A DNA stretch of 64,000 bases, taken from the NCBI GenBank assembly GCA_965206695.1, contig CBDBKM010000008.1, positions 1 through 64,000 of the forward strand. The letters are read 5' to 3'. Positions within the stretch are counted from its first letter, which is position 1, and every line of letters begins with the position of its first letter. Under the pieces are notes generated by a model. The model had not been told where the DNA came from, did no database searches, and saw nothing but the letters and a program-made list of their open reading frames with translations. Positions 31,747 to 41,890 of the stretch are shown here, one piece after another. This DNA comes from Chlamydiales bacterium. GTDB taxonomy: Bacteria; Chlamydiota; Chlamydiia; Chlamydiales; JAAZZY01. The translations under genes and the position numbers were made by a program.

Positions 31747-32941
31747 ATAAAAAATACAGTATTGTAGAGACACCAAATACCATGAAAACCGGTACTTTAA
31801 CCGGTTTAAAATTGTATAGTTTATAAACTATATTGAGAATGCTTAGTACTATCAGCCCGGGATAACAAATTTCTAAGACAGGTTGAATCATCTTACAGAT
31901 GCCACTAAATCCTAAATTAGAAAAAATAAACGTCGTTATCAAAGTCAATGTAATACAATAAGAATAAGCCACTTTTTCTTTGAACAGATCCGCATATAAA
32001 AATTGAGCAAACACTGAGAGTAATGTAATAGCCGTAGTAAAACAGGCTAAAGCCACAGCCAAGCTCATAACTATTCCGGCATATTGTCCTAGAATCTCAG
32101 GGCCAACGGCCCCTAACAAAGCATCCGGGGATAAGTGTGCAAAAGTAGAGCTATTAAAAGCAGCAACAAAGCTAAAACCAAAATATATACCCCCTAACAA
32201 CAGCATAGAAACAAGACTGGCTTTAAACATGGTTTGAACAGGTCGATCAGAGCCTTTATCTTCTTCATTACTGTTCAGGGAAGTCAAAACAATATTAGCA
32301 AAGAAAAATGCCGCCAACAGATCCATCATGAGATAGCCCGTTGATAGTCCATAAAAAAACATCTGCCCTTTTGTTTCAGTTGCCACTGCCAAAGTATGAG
32401 ATCCAAAAAAACCTTTTAAAATAACTACAACCAAACAAAATAGTAATAAGGGAGTTAATATCTTACCTAATATATCGATCAAGCTACGTTTTTTTATCGT
32501 ACAGAAAAACATAATCACACAACTGATAACACTGAAAAGTATTAAGGGTGTAGATCCCAAATAAGGTTTTAAAGTACCAAATGACAAGGTTAAACACCTT
32601 GGAATAGCCGCAAAAGGTCCAATCAAAGCCATAATCAAACAAATGATCAAAAATCCGGGAATTCTACCTATGCGATAAAAAAATTTCTTATAATTACCAT
32701 CAAATAGAATCATGGCAATTAATCCTAATGCCGGGAAAATAAGCGATGTGAAACTCATCCCTAAAACAGCAAAAATATTATACTTTTTTGCATAGGCACC
32801 TAATTGCAAAGGGAAAATAATATTACTTGCTCCGAAAAACATAGAAAAGATAGCAAGACCCACCGCTAAAAACTGAAACTTGTTTTTCTTAGATTGAGTT
32901 TCTATTTTCTGATCAACGGCTTGAGTATATATCCGGCTCAT
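31745..32941 (-). CDS. brnQ: Branched-chain amino acid transporter BrnQ
   Basis: FSMFFGASNIIFP, GPFAAIPR, GKILTP, MDLLAAFFF, LACFTTA. Confidence 0.93.
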   Translation of the reverse strand: MSRIYTQAVDQKIETQSKKNKFQFLAVGLAIFSMFFGASNIIFPLQLGAYAKKYNIFAVLGMSFTSLIFPALGLIAMILFDGNYKKFFYRIGRIPGFLIICLIMALIGPFAAIPRCLTLSFGTLKPYLGSTPLILFSVISCVIMFFCTIKKRSLIDILGKILTPLLLFCLVVVILKGFFGSHTLAVATETKGQMFFYGLSTGYLMMDLLAAFFFANIVLTSLNSNEEDKGSDRPVQTMFKASLVSMLLLGGIYFGFSFVAAFNSSTFAHLSPDALLGAVGPEILGQYAGIVMSLAVALACFTTAITLLSVFAQFLYADLFKEKVAYSYCITLTLITTFIFSNLGFSGICKMIQPVLEICYPGLIVLSILNIVYKLYNFKPVKVPVFMVFGVSTILYFL

Positions 32942-33195
32942 GATGTGAACTTCCTATAATTTATTAACCCGGGAGTCGTTTTCTTAAATATTTTTTTATG
33001 GATTAGAACTTAATAATGCTCTTTTAAACAGAGAACACGATATAAGATAATCGGATATCCTCGATCTGTTTCAATACAAAAGTTTTGAAATAACAAATAC
33101 TTTGATCCGTAAAAATCCTTATAAGAATTTAACCAAAAGACAATAGCATAATCATCTTATTAAAGATAAATAAAACAATCAATTAAACCGGTAAA

Positions 33196-33240
33196 AGACC
33201 TCTGCATAACTGATTTCCGACAACGATTCTTGGCGCCTAA
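33196..33240 (+). mobile_element. Solo IS5/IS1182-like end
   Basis: AGACCTCTGCATAACTGATT matches the reverse complement of 24692-24712. Confidence 0.6.
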
Positions 33241-33432
33241 TAATCAAAAAACGGCTTATTATAAAACTTATCAAAATAAATGAAAAATAAACCCTGATTA
33301 TACCAATCCGCACTTGTTCTGAAAATCGAGTTATATATTAAATTTGGCACTCAATTCCAACCAAAAAAAATTACTTAAACTATTTAGTATAAGATATTTA
33401 TATTTATATAAGCTTGACATTTCATCATGACA

Positions 33433-33485
33433 TGACTATATTTCACTGAAATACTCATATAGCATTGACTATATTTCACTGAAAT
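33433..33485 (+). repeat. Two exact 20-bp direct repeats, 33-bp period
   Basis: TGACTATATTTCACTGAAAT at 33433-33452 and 33466-33485. Confidence 0.85.
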
Positions 33486-33531
33486 TTTAACCTGATAGTA
33501 ATTACTATTTTTTTAATACAATATAAGTAGA

Positions 33532-34857
33532 GTGGAAAAAATGTATATTTTGAGGGAAAATGAAACAGAAACCTTTGAGTCTTTCGAAGGCAAGTTTATT
33601 AGTGCTTTACTTGGACCAAGGCGCGTTGGTAAAACAACTCTTGTAAAGCATTATATTGATACCTACCCGGAAAGAAAATGGGTGCAACTGAATATGGATG
33701 AAAGAAAACAACGACAACGAATCGCCAACGATGAATTGTTATTAATGATTGAAGAGTCTTCTCTGCAAAAAATTGGAGGCCAAGAAAAGCTCTGGGTCGT
33801 GGTCGATGAAGCTCAAAAATCTCCTGAACTATTTGATCAAGTAAAAATTCTCTATGATGAATTCAAAGAAAAAAACAAAATCAAGTTTATTCTGACAGGA
33901 TCTGCTCATCTCAACTTACATCAGCTAGCAGCTGAAACTCTCGCCGGAAGAGTTGATCTTTTAACCCTGAGAGAATTTAATGTGAGAGAAATCACTCGAT
34001 TGCTAAATAAAAAAATCTCTCTCGAATACAAAACTGCATTTCACCTAATCTTCAATTCGAAAAACATCGACTCTCTACAAGAGCTTTATTCCTCTATAAG
34101 ACCTTTTCAAAAACTACTATCGCAGGCATTAGATCAGCACCTAGTGTGGGGGGGGCTACCGGAAATATTGGAAATTGAAACAGAAAAAGGGCGTCTAAAA
34201 TATTTAAGTAATTACCTCCAAACATATTTAGAGAAGGATATTCGTGAAATTCCAAGTATCGGGGACCTAACCCTATACGAAAACCTTATGCAAGTGATGG
34301 CTGAACAGACAGGATCGATTAGGGATGATCAAAAAGTAATTAATGCCCTAAACTGCTCTAGAAACACAATACAAAAATACCAAGGATATTTGAATGCTAC
34401 TTGGCAATATATTGAAATTGAGCCCTACATTGGAAATACTTTAAAAAGACTTGTAAAATCCCCAAAAGGGTACCTCAAAAATAATGGATTGGTTAGCTAT
34501 TTTACAGGAATTAAAGAGTTCTCAATTCTTAACCGAACAGGATTGATTGGACATCGTTTTGAAAATTGGTTCTTAAATGAACTTTATTCATTCATGGATT
34601 CTCTCCATGAATTTCATAAGATTTATTTTTGGCGTACACACAGCGGTCAAGAAGTGGATTTTGTTGTCCAAATTGGACAAAAGATTGTTCCTTTCGAAGT
34701 GACGTATTCTACACAAGCTCTTCCCAAGAAAATTCGTAATTTAAAAGCCTTCTTAAATGATGACTCTAAGGCCGGTTTCGCTGTTTATCTCTACCGGGGA
34801 GCTTTGAAGTTCGATAAAGAAAATAAAATTTTATTTATACCCGCATGGATGATTTGA
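33532..34857 (+). CDS. AAA_14 ATPase with DUF4143 domain
   Basis: GPRRVGKTT, VDEAQ, LTGS, LAGR, GGLP, KSPK, YFWR...EVDF, FEV. Confidence 0.9.
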   Translation: MEKMYILRENETETFESFEGKFISALLGPRRVGKTTLVKHYIDTYPERKWVQLNMDERKQRQRIANDELLLMIEESSLQKIGGQEKLWVVVDEAQKSPELFDQVKILYDEFKEKNKIKFILTGSAHLNLHQLAAETLAGRVDLLTLREFNVREITRLLNKKISLEYKTAFHLIFNSKNIDSLQELYSSIRPFQKLLSQALDQHLVWGGLPEILEIETEKGRLKYLSNYLQTYLEKDIREIPSIGDLTLYENLMQVMAEQTGSIRDDQKVINALNCSRNTIQKYQGYLNATWQYIEIEPYIGNTLKRLVKSPKGYLKNNGLVSYFTGIKEFSILNRTGLIGHRFENWFLNELYSFMDSLHEFHKIYFWRTHSGQEVDFVVQIGQKIVPFEVTYSTQALPKKIRNLKAFLNDDSKAGFAVYLYRGALKFDKENKILFIPAWMI

Positions 34858-35281
34858 AATCGGATCCGACTGCAGCCAATTTGAACCATTTCAAGACATC
34901 TGCGCTTTGATACTGAAAGCTGTTCTTTTATCTCGGAGGAAACTGTGGGACGAGTTGAATTTGAACAGATTCAAACTATGGTCCCTGAAGACGGAATCAT
35001 CCAAGGTACATGATAGGCACTCGTTAAGAAAGCTCTAACCCTGTTGAAAGCCGGAACAAGATTCTACCGGAGCGCCGATAAACAGCTTGATAACAACAAT
35101 TCTATCGTCTACAGGATGTTGCGCAGTTCTTTCTCCCTATAAGAGAAGGGAAAACTGCCATTCAGTGACTGAAGAGAATAGAAACGCGTGGGTGATAATT
35201 CCGCACAACCATCTAAATCTCAATAGAATGGTAGCTTATCAAAAGTGGTATTGCTGATCGGTTACCATATCAATTTCCTCA

Positions 35282-35741
35282 CTACTTTAACTCTGCCGAG
35301 TTCGGACCCGTTTTAAAAAATGAAACATCCTTAGCAACAATCGAACGTGGAGTGATTTGCAGCATGACATTTAAGGGATCAACAATATTGCTTACAAACC
35401 CTTCATTCCACTGTTGGCTATTCTTTCCCAAATACTTCGAAACAAAACGCTCGAGGCGCTTACTATCGATATCACCGAGCTGTGCAGTGCTTCGTATGCC
35501 AACATGCCTAAGTACTCCGGTATCCGGGTCACAATCCACAACACCCACCGCACATCGAGATTCTTTTCGAAGCCTATTGATAATAACTATCTTCACCTGT
35601 CCCAAATATCCAAATACAGGCATCCTCCCAAATGAACCGGATCGGTGAATCTCTTGGATCACCTCGGTCAGATGTTGATAGATGAGCCATCCATGGCTTT
35701 TGCAGAACCTTTTCGGCATCAAAATCCTTCCCGGCAAACAT
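35282..35741 (-). pseudogene. Pyridoxamine 5'-phosphate oxidase-like (FMN split-barrel) gene, frameshifted
   Basis: ATG at 35741: MFAGKDFD...MAHLSTS...PRDSPIRFIWED, then a frameshift into RCAVGVVD...HVGIR...KYLG. Confidence 0.7.
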
Positions 35742-36307
35742 TTACTGCTCCTCAATTGCCTTTACAGCGGTAGCTTCCAAGCTTTGAACATAGCCGGTAA
35801 TATTCTCCTCCAAGTCAGTGGGATAGCCATACTCCAAATCAGAAACTGTTTCTCTAGCCAACTGACCAAATAATTCCATAACCCTTTTCAGCGCACCCCA
35901 ACCGGCTTCAGCCTCAAAATGAGGGAACACTTGATGAAGAGTTTGCCGGGAGTCTTTACCAACCCATTCTTGCATGCGCTTACCGATGCTGTTGGTTGTG
36001 TAATTCCAATCATGCTTTGACGCTTCGTTCCAACAGATCATTTTGATAAGAAAATTATGATGAATACCACTTAGTCGAAACTGCGCGGACCAAAGGTCCT
36101 GCCGGTACAGGTATTTTGCAACATGATAGATTTCGAACCAGAACTCCTTCACCAGATCGTGAAATTCCTGCTCCAATGGTCGCTGCTCTTTGAATCCGCT
36201 AAACGTCGGTTTAGGCATACCGCCTGTGAGATTATCCTACCCCATGTTATATTCTCATCAGGGAGGCTACCGGTTTTGGTCAGAGCATCCAGGAGTTCTA
36301 GTGGATA
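35742..36307 (-). pseudogene. Aminoglycoside 6-adenylyltransferase (AadK/AadE-like), C-terminal half, truncated by IS630
   Basis: EF..LVKEFWFE.YHVAKYL.R.DLW, GKRMQEW, MELF..LA.E...LEY.YP. Confidence 0.78.
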
Positions 36308-36309
36308 TA

Positions 36310-37244
36310 TAGTCATTTAATTTTACATTGATAAGATTGCTTGATCAATGGCGAATTTAAAATTCGTAACTTTTCGTAATATCTCTCTAACTTTATTTTT
36401 CATATTAGCCCAATATTTTTCTATAGGATTTAAGTCCGGAGAATATGGAGGAAGAAACATAAGCTTACAACCGGCAGATTCTACTGTTTTCCTGCTTTCC
36501 GCTGACTTGTGAAAACCGGCATTGTCAAGAATAAGAACACTACCGGGTGTAAGCTGAGGAGTCAAAACTTCCTTAAGCCAAATATTGAATAACCCGGTAT
36601 TACAAGTACCTTCAAAACACATTGGAGATAAAAACTGCCCTTTAGATAGGGCTGAAATAATATTTTGCCTTATAAAGCGGTTTCCTGAAACCGCTCCAAA
36701 AACTCTTTTGCCGCGTAAGCTTCTTCCGGACTCACGAAATAAAAATTGATGAATCCCGGTTTCATCGAGATAAATTCTCTTGTCAAAGGGAATATTTTTT
36801 AAATTTTTCATAAAAGCTTCCCGTTTCTTTTCATCTCTTTCCTTATAGCGAGTAGTTTTTTTTTTCGTGTAATTTTTAATCTTTTAAGGGCATAAAAAAT
36901 CGTTTGCGGAGTGACTGAAAAATAATCAGCAATTTCCGATAAAAAATAATCCGGATGTTTTTCTACATATTTAGATAACAACTCATCATCTAATTTCTTA
37001 TAAGCATATTTTCTGCGGATTGGCTTTAAATGTCCTTTTTGCTTTTTTTGCAAGATCCATCGATATATTGTTGCGATACCTACTTGAAAAATATGGCCGG
37101 CTGTTTTTTTATCATGATGTTTTTCTATATGTTGTAATACTTTCTCTCGAAGATCTACTGAATAGGCTCTAGGCATTGTTTTGTCCTTACTGTTTGTATA
37201 AAAAAAGAAGGATAACATATTATCAAATAAAAATTAAAATACTA
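36310..37244 (-). mobile_element. IS630 type A, copy 2 (935 bp); orfA 36808-37176 and orfB 36323-36811 joined by -1 slippage at an A10 run
   Basis: Ends TAGTATTTTAATT / AATTAAATGACTA with TA flanks; YLDETG, ILDNA, LPPYSPDLNPIE. Confidence 0.95.
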
Positions 37245-37252
37245 TATATATA

Positions 37253-37648
37253 TTGTCTATATGGAAAACCTCTAAAACAGCAGTTTTTAACCTTAGTTAC
37301 CATGTTATTTGGTGTCCTAAATATAGGAGAAAGGTTCTTGAAGGTGATATTGTTGTTCGTTTAAAGGAATTATTAAAATTAAAAGCTCTACAACTAAATA
37401 TAGAGATTAACGAACTGAATATTATGCCTGATCACGTACATATTTTTTTAAATACCAAGCCTATATATTCGCCACAATTTTTCATAGGACAACTTAAGGG
37501 ATATACAAGCCGAATATTAAGGCAAGAATTTTCAAGCTTAAGATCCGGGTTACCCACACTGTGGACACGGTCTTATTATGTTGATAGTGTTGGAAAATTA
37601 AATGAATATACAATCAGAAAGTATATACGGAATCAAAAAAACAAATAG
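37253..37648 (+). CDS. tnpA: IS200/IS605 Y1 transposase, intact ORF
   Basis: YHVIWCPKYRR, DHVH, LKGYTSR, LWTRSYY, KYIRNQ. Confidence 0.95.
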   Translation: MSIWKTSKTAVFNLSYHVIWCPKYRRKVLEGDIVVRLKELLKLKALQLNIEINELNIMPDHVHIFLNTKPIYSPQFFIGQLKGYTSRILRQEFSSLRSGLPTLWTRSYYVDSVGKLNEYTIRKYIRNQKNK

Positions 37649-37696
37649 ACACTTTCATCCCACTCTTAAAAAGGTGGGTTTTCTCGTTTAATTGTC
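37649..37696 (-). mobile_element. IS605 left end with subterminal hairpin
   Basis: Minus strand TTAT|GACAATTAAACGAGAAAA-CCCAC...GTGGG. Confidence 0.85.
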
Positions 37697-37825
37697 ATAA
37701 AAAACATCGATACATCAAACCTAACTTCTAAGACTATCCCTTTCTTGCAAATTATAAAGACTATAAATTTATGGCCTAAAATCGTTTTATGACGTATTAA
37801 GTGAATCTATAAGGAGTCTTATAAT

Positions 37826-38626
37826 ATGCCTATAGCTGCGCTTGGTAACATTAATCTATTTTATGAATTTAAAGGTCAGGGTTTTCCTTTAATTCTTATT
37901 ACCGGATTTAGTAATGAACATAGCCGATGGGCACCTATCATAGATTCTCTTACCACTCATTTTCAGGTACTTGTTTTTGACAATAGAGGATCCGGGAGAA
38001 GCGATATACCTGATGAACCTTATCGTATTGAAGACATGGCAGACGACCTATTCAATCTCATGGATACACTAGGTATTGAAAAAGCACATATTTTGGGACA
38101 TTCAATGGGTAGCTCTATCGCCCAGTCATTTGCTCTTAAATATTCGAAAAAGGTTGAAAAACTGATCTTATGTGCAACTTTTACTAAAATAGCCCCGGCT
38201 CGAGCGTTATTTTTTAAAACAACCTATCGCCTCATCCAAGATAAGATTGATCCCAAAAAAATGCTTGATCTCATTATCTCTTGGGCTTTCTCAGATGAGT
38301 TTATTAGCCACCCTGAAAAGGTACAGGCTATACGTGATAATTCCCTCTCTAACCCTCATCTTTTTAATGAGATAGGTTATAGAAGGCAAATGGAAGCCAT
38401 TTTAACCTTTAATTCAATCGATGTATTGAAAAAAATTTCTCCCTCTACTCTTGTCATAACCGGAGAAGAAGATATTTTAACTCCTCTAGAAGATGCAGAA
38501 GTTATCGCCAACAATATTCCTAATGCGCAACTTGAAGTAATTCCTAAAGCAGCTCATGATCTTATATCAGAAGATACAGATGCCTTTTTAAAAATCCTTT
38601 TGGCATTTTTAGAAAACAATAAATAA
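37826..38626 (+). CDS. Alpha/beta hydrolase
   Basis: FDNRGSG.S, GHSMG nucleophile elbow, GEED, AAH. Confidence 0.92.
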   Translation: MPIAALGNINLFYEFKGQGFPLILITGFSNEHSRWAPIIDSLTTHFQVLVFDNRGSGRSDIPDEPYRIEDMADDLFNLMDTLGIEKAHILGHSMGSSIAQSFALKYSKKVEKLILCATFTKIAPARALFFKTTYRLIQDKIDPKKMLDLIISWAFSDEFISHPEKVQAIRDNSLSNPHLFNEIGYRRQMEAILTFNSIDVLKKISPSTLVITGEEDILTPLEDAEVIANNIPNAQLEVIPKAAHDLISEDTDAFLKILLAFLENNK

Positions 38627-39606
38627 TGAATATTATTCTTATTCAAGAAAAGCTCAAGCAAAAAGAAATTAAGGGACTGAAAGAAGAGTTCCCTCAATAT
38701 GAAATCTTTTTTGTTGATGGAGTTGGTGATCAACCTATTTTCGATAAAAAGGATTGGAAAAGAGTTGAAATCTTATTTGGAAATAAATTTCCGGTTCAAG
38801 AACTTCAACAAACCGGTCAATTACGTTGGATCCATTCACCTACTCCTTATCTTCATGAAATATGCCAAGAGGAATTACGTGAACAAGGCACTATTCTTTT
38901 AAGTAATACAAGAGGATTTCATGTACAACAAATCAGTGAGTTTGTGTTAGGATCTGTTTTAAGTTTTGCAAAAGAGCTTTTTAACTGGCAAGATCTTCAA
39001 AAAAATCCGGATCAATTATGGAATAGCGATAAGAAAGAGCAAATCTGGACATTAACGAATAAAATCTTTGCTTTAGTTGGGCTAGGTAAAATCGGCACCG
39101 AAATCGCTCTCCATATGCAAGGGTTAGGCCTTAAAATCATTGGAATCAACCGAAAAGTCAGCTTTCATCCCTATTGTTCTAAAGTGATATCTCTTGATCA
39201 AATGGATCAAATTCTACCCGAAGCAGATATCGTATGTTTAACCTTATCCAGGCTAAAAAAAATTAAATATCAATTTACCAAACATCATCTTGAAATGCTC
39301 AAGCCCGGATCTATTCTAATTCTTCTAAATGTAGATGAAGTACTTAACATTGATGCTCTTATTGAAGTCTGTAAAACAGGCAAGTTTAAAGGTATTTTAC
39401 TCGATACCAATGGTATTTTGCCCATTGAAAAAGATTCCGGATTATGGCAATGCCCGAATATGATCATCACTCCTAACATAGCTTCTTATCCACACTTTGA
39501 AGAAAGAAAAGCTTTTGTAACATTCCTTTCAAACCTTAGACATTTCTCATTTGGGAACTTCAATGAGATGAAAAATATTGTCTTATCCGCTATGACTCCG
39601 AATTAA
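38626..39606 (+). CDS. D-2-hydroxyacid dehydrogenase-fold NAD(P)-binding protein, catalytic residues degenerate
   Basis: LRWIH, VGLGKIG, ADIV, LKPGS, PNMIITPN. Confidence 0.8.
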   Translation: MNIILIQEKLKQKEIKGLKEEFPQYEIFFVDGVGDQPIFDKKDWKRVEILFGNKFPVQELQQTGQLRWIHSPTPYLHEICQEELREQGTILLSNTRGFHVQQISEFVLGSVLSFAKELFNWQDLQKNPDQLWNSDKKEQIWTLTNKIFALVGLGKIGTEIALHMQGLGLKIIGINRKVSFHPYCSKVISLDQMDQILPEADIVCLTLSRLKKIKYQFTKHHLEMLKPGSILILLNVDEVLNIDALIEVCKTGKFKGILLDTNGILPIEKDSGLWQCPNMIITPNIASYPHFEERKAFVTFLSNLRHFSFGNFNEMKNIVLSAMTPN

Positions 39607-39651
39607 CTCTTTCATCTATCAAGTTGCCTAGTGTATCTAAACCAATGTCTA

Positions 39652-40586
39652 TAGTCATTTAATTTTATATTGATAAGATTGCTTGATCAATGGCGAATTT
39701 AAAATTCGTAACTTTTCGTAATATCTCTCTAACTTTATTTTTCATATTAGCCCAATATTTTTCTATAGGATTTAAGTCCGGAGAATAGGGAGGAAGAAAC
39801 ATAAGCTTACAACCGGCAGATTCTACTGTTTTCCTGCTTTCCGCTGACTTGTGAAAACCGGCATTGTCAAGAATAAGAACACTACCGGGTGTAAGCTGAG
39901 GAGTCAAAACTTCCTTAAGCCAAATATTGAATAACCCGGTATTACAAGTACCTTCAAAACACATTGGAGATAAAAACTGCCCTTTAGATAGGGCTGAAAT
40001 AATATTTTGCCTTATAAAGCGGTTTCCTGAAACCACTCCAAAAACTTTTTTGCCGCGTAAGCTTCTTCCGGACTCACGAAATAAAAATTGATGAATCCCG
40101 GTTTCATCGAGATAAATTCTCTTGTCAAAGGGAATATTTTTTAAATCTTTCATAAAAGCTTCCCGTTTCTTTTCATCTCTTTCCTTATAGCGAGTAGTTT
40201 TTTTTTTCGTGTAATTTTTAATCTTTTAAGGGCATAAAAAATCGTTTGCGGAGTGACTGAAAAATAATCAGCAATTTCCGATAAAAAATAATCCGGATGT
40301 TTTTCTACATATTTAGATAACAACTCATCATCTAATTTCTTATAAGCATATTTTCTGCGGATTGGCTTTAAATGTCCTTTTTGCTTTTTTTGCAAGATCC
40401 ATCGATATATTGTTGCGATACCTACTTGAAAAATATGGCCGGCTGTTTTTTTATCATGATGTTTTTCTATATGTTGTAATACTTTCTCTCGAAGATCTAC
40501 TGAATAGGCTCTAGGCATTGTTTTGTCCTTACTGTTTGTATAAAAAAAGAAGGATAACATATTATCAAATAAAAATTAAAATACTA
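39652..40586 (-). mobile_element. IS630 type A, copy 3 (935 bp)
   Basis: Near-identical to copy 2; TA flanks. Confidence 0.95.
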
Positions 40587-40588
40587 TA

Positions 40589-41011
40589 AAGAGACGCAAC
40601 AAACCATAACCCTTATAAGGGTTATCAGATTCCAACTTCTTGAGCTTATCAGCTGCGTAGTTAAAAGAGCAAATCTTGATAAAACGACGATAAGCATGAT
40701 CTAAGGGAATTAATTCTTCTAAACTGATCATTTCAATTTGATTCATCATACGTCTCCTTTAAAAAAAAAAGCATAACTGCTTTTTAGAAAAATATTCACT
40801 TAGACTTCAACAGGCTCAAAGTCGAAGGACAGCTTTATATGAAAGCTTTGTGCTTTAATTTGAACAAGGCCTTAAGAAGGATTGTGATGAAGTAGAGGGA
40901 GGGCGCACTATTATCTATCCTTACTTTTAAACGCTTCGTTTAACATTCTTATTACTCACTTTTCTTGTATTTCGCTTATCTCACATCCAATCATTAGTTA
41001 TGCAGAAGTCT
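40589..41011. mobile_element. IS5/IS1182-like debris: 5' fragment on - (40589-40810) and a transposase 3' end with terminal repeat on + (40810-41011)
   Basis: 40589-40810 matches 24427-24651; LKVEGQLYMKALCFNLNKA*; end TTATGCAGAAGTCT. Confidence 0.7.
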
Positions 41012-41191
41012 TATGTAAGGAGTAAGCATCTCGAGCCATTCTCTGCCTTTAGGTTCCTATCTTAATAAAAATAATTTATACTCCTATAAATAATTATAAT
41101 TTTTAACAGGAATAACGATTGATTTTCATATTCAATGTTAATATAATTATCCACCTTAATCAGGTCTGTTTTAAATAAAATTGATAAACAA

Positions 41192-41890
41192 ATGCAAAAA
41201 AAACGTTTAAGTAAAGCCTTAGCTGCTGCCGGTGTCGCCTCCAGAAGACAATGCGAAGAACTCATCTTTGAAGGAAAAATCAAAGTCAATAAGAGAGTTG
41301 TGAAAATCCCTCAGACTCTTGTTGATTGGGACAAAGATCGTATCGACTTAGATAGCATAAGAATTTTAAAAGAAGAATCGAAAGTCTACTATATGTTCAA
41401 CAAACCCCGTGGGTTTGTATGCTCGAATAATAAGGAAAAGCATAAAAAAATCGTATTCGATTTTTTTTCTCATAAATTACGCCTTTTTACTGCCGGCAGA
41501 TTAGATAAAAATACAACCGGCCTCTTAATCATCACCAATGATGGAGCATTTGCCAATAAACTTATTCACCCTTCTCAGAACATCCAAAAAGAATACCTTG
41601 TCAAAATTCCTATGATTATTTCTGATGGGCAACTGCAAATGATTAAAGATGGAATGAGAATCGAAGGTGTATTTGTCAAACCCTTGCGAGTAATCAAAGT
41701 AAGAAGAGGAACATTAAAAATCGTTATCATGGAAGGAAAAAAAAGAGAAGTGCGTCAATTGGTAGAAAGGGCTGAACTTAGCGTTAAAGAACTGACTCGT
41801 ATTCGTATCGGTAATTTAAGTTTAGGTAATTTGCCACTCGGAGAAAAGCGCCTACTTAATGATAGTGAAAAAGAGGCTTTATTTTCATGA
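41192..41890 (+). CDS. rluB: rRNA pseudouridine synthase (RluB/RsuA family)
   Basis: S4 domain RLSKALAAAGVASRR, NKPRG, GRLD..TTGLL..TNDG, EGKKREVR. Confidence 0.9.
   Translation: MQKKRLSKALAAAGVASRRQCEELIFEGKIKVNKRVVKIPQTLVDWDKDRIDLDSIRILKEESKVYYMFNKPRGFVCSNNKEKHKKIVFDFFSHKLRLFTAGRLDKNTTGLLIITNDGAFANKLIHPSQNIQKEYLVKIPMIISDGQLQMIKDGMRIEGVFVKPLRVIKVRRGTLKIVIMEGKKREVRQLVERAELSVKELTRIRIGNLSLGNLPLGEKRLLNDSEKEALFS

Noticed and set aside
33433..33485. Direct repeats as a mini-CRISPR
   Set aside because: Only two 20-bp units with a 13-bp spacer, and no cas genes in the window.
35282..35873. ORF-track starts at 35755 (-) and the + strand ORFs at 35352, 35414 and 35682
   Set aside because: Better explained as one frameshifted PNPOx-like pseudogene starting at 35741.
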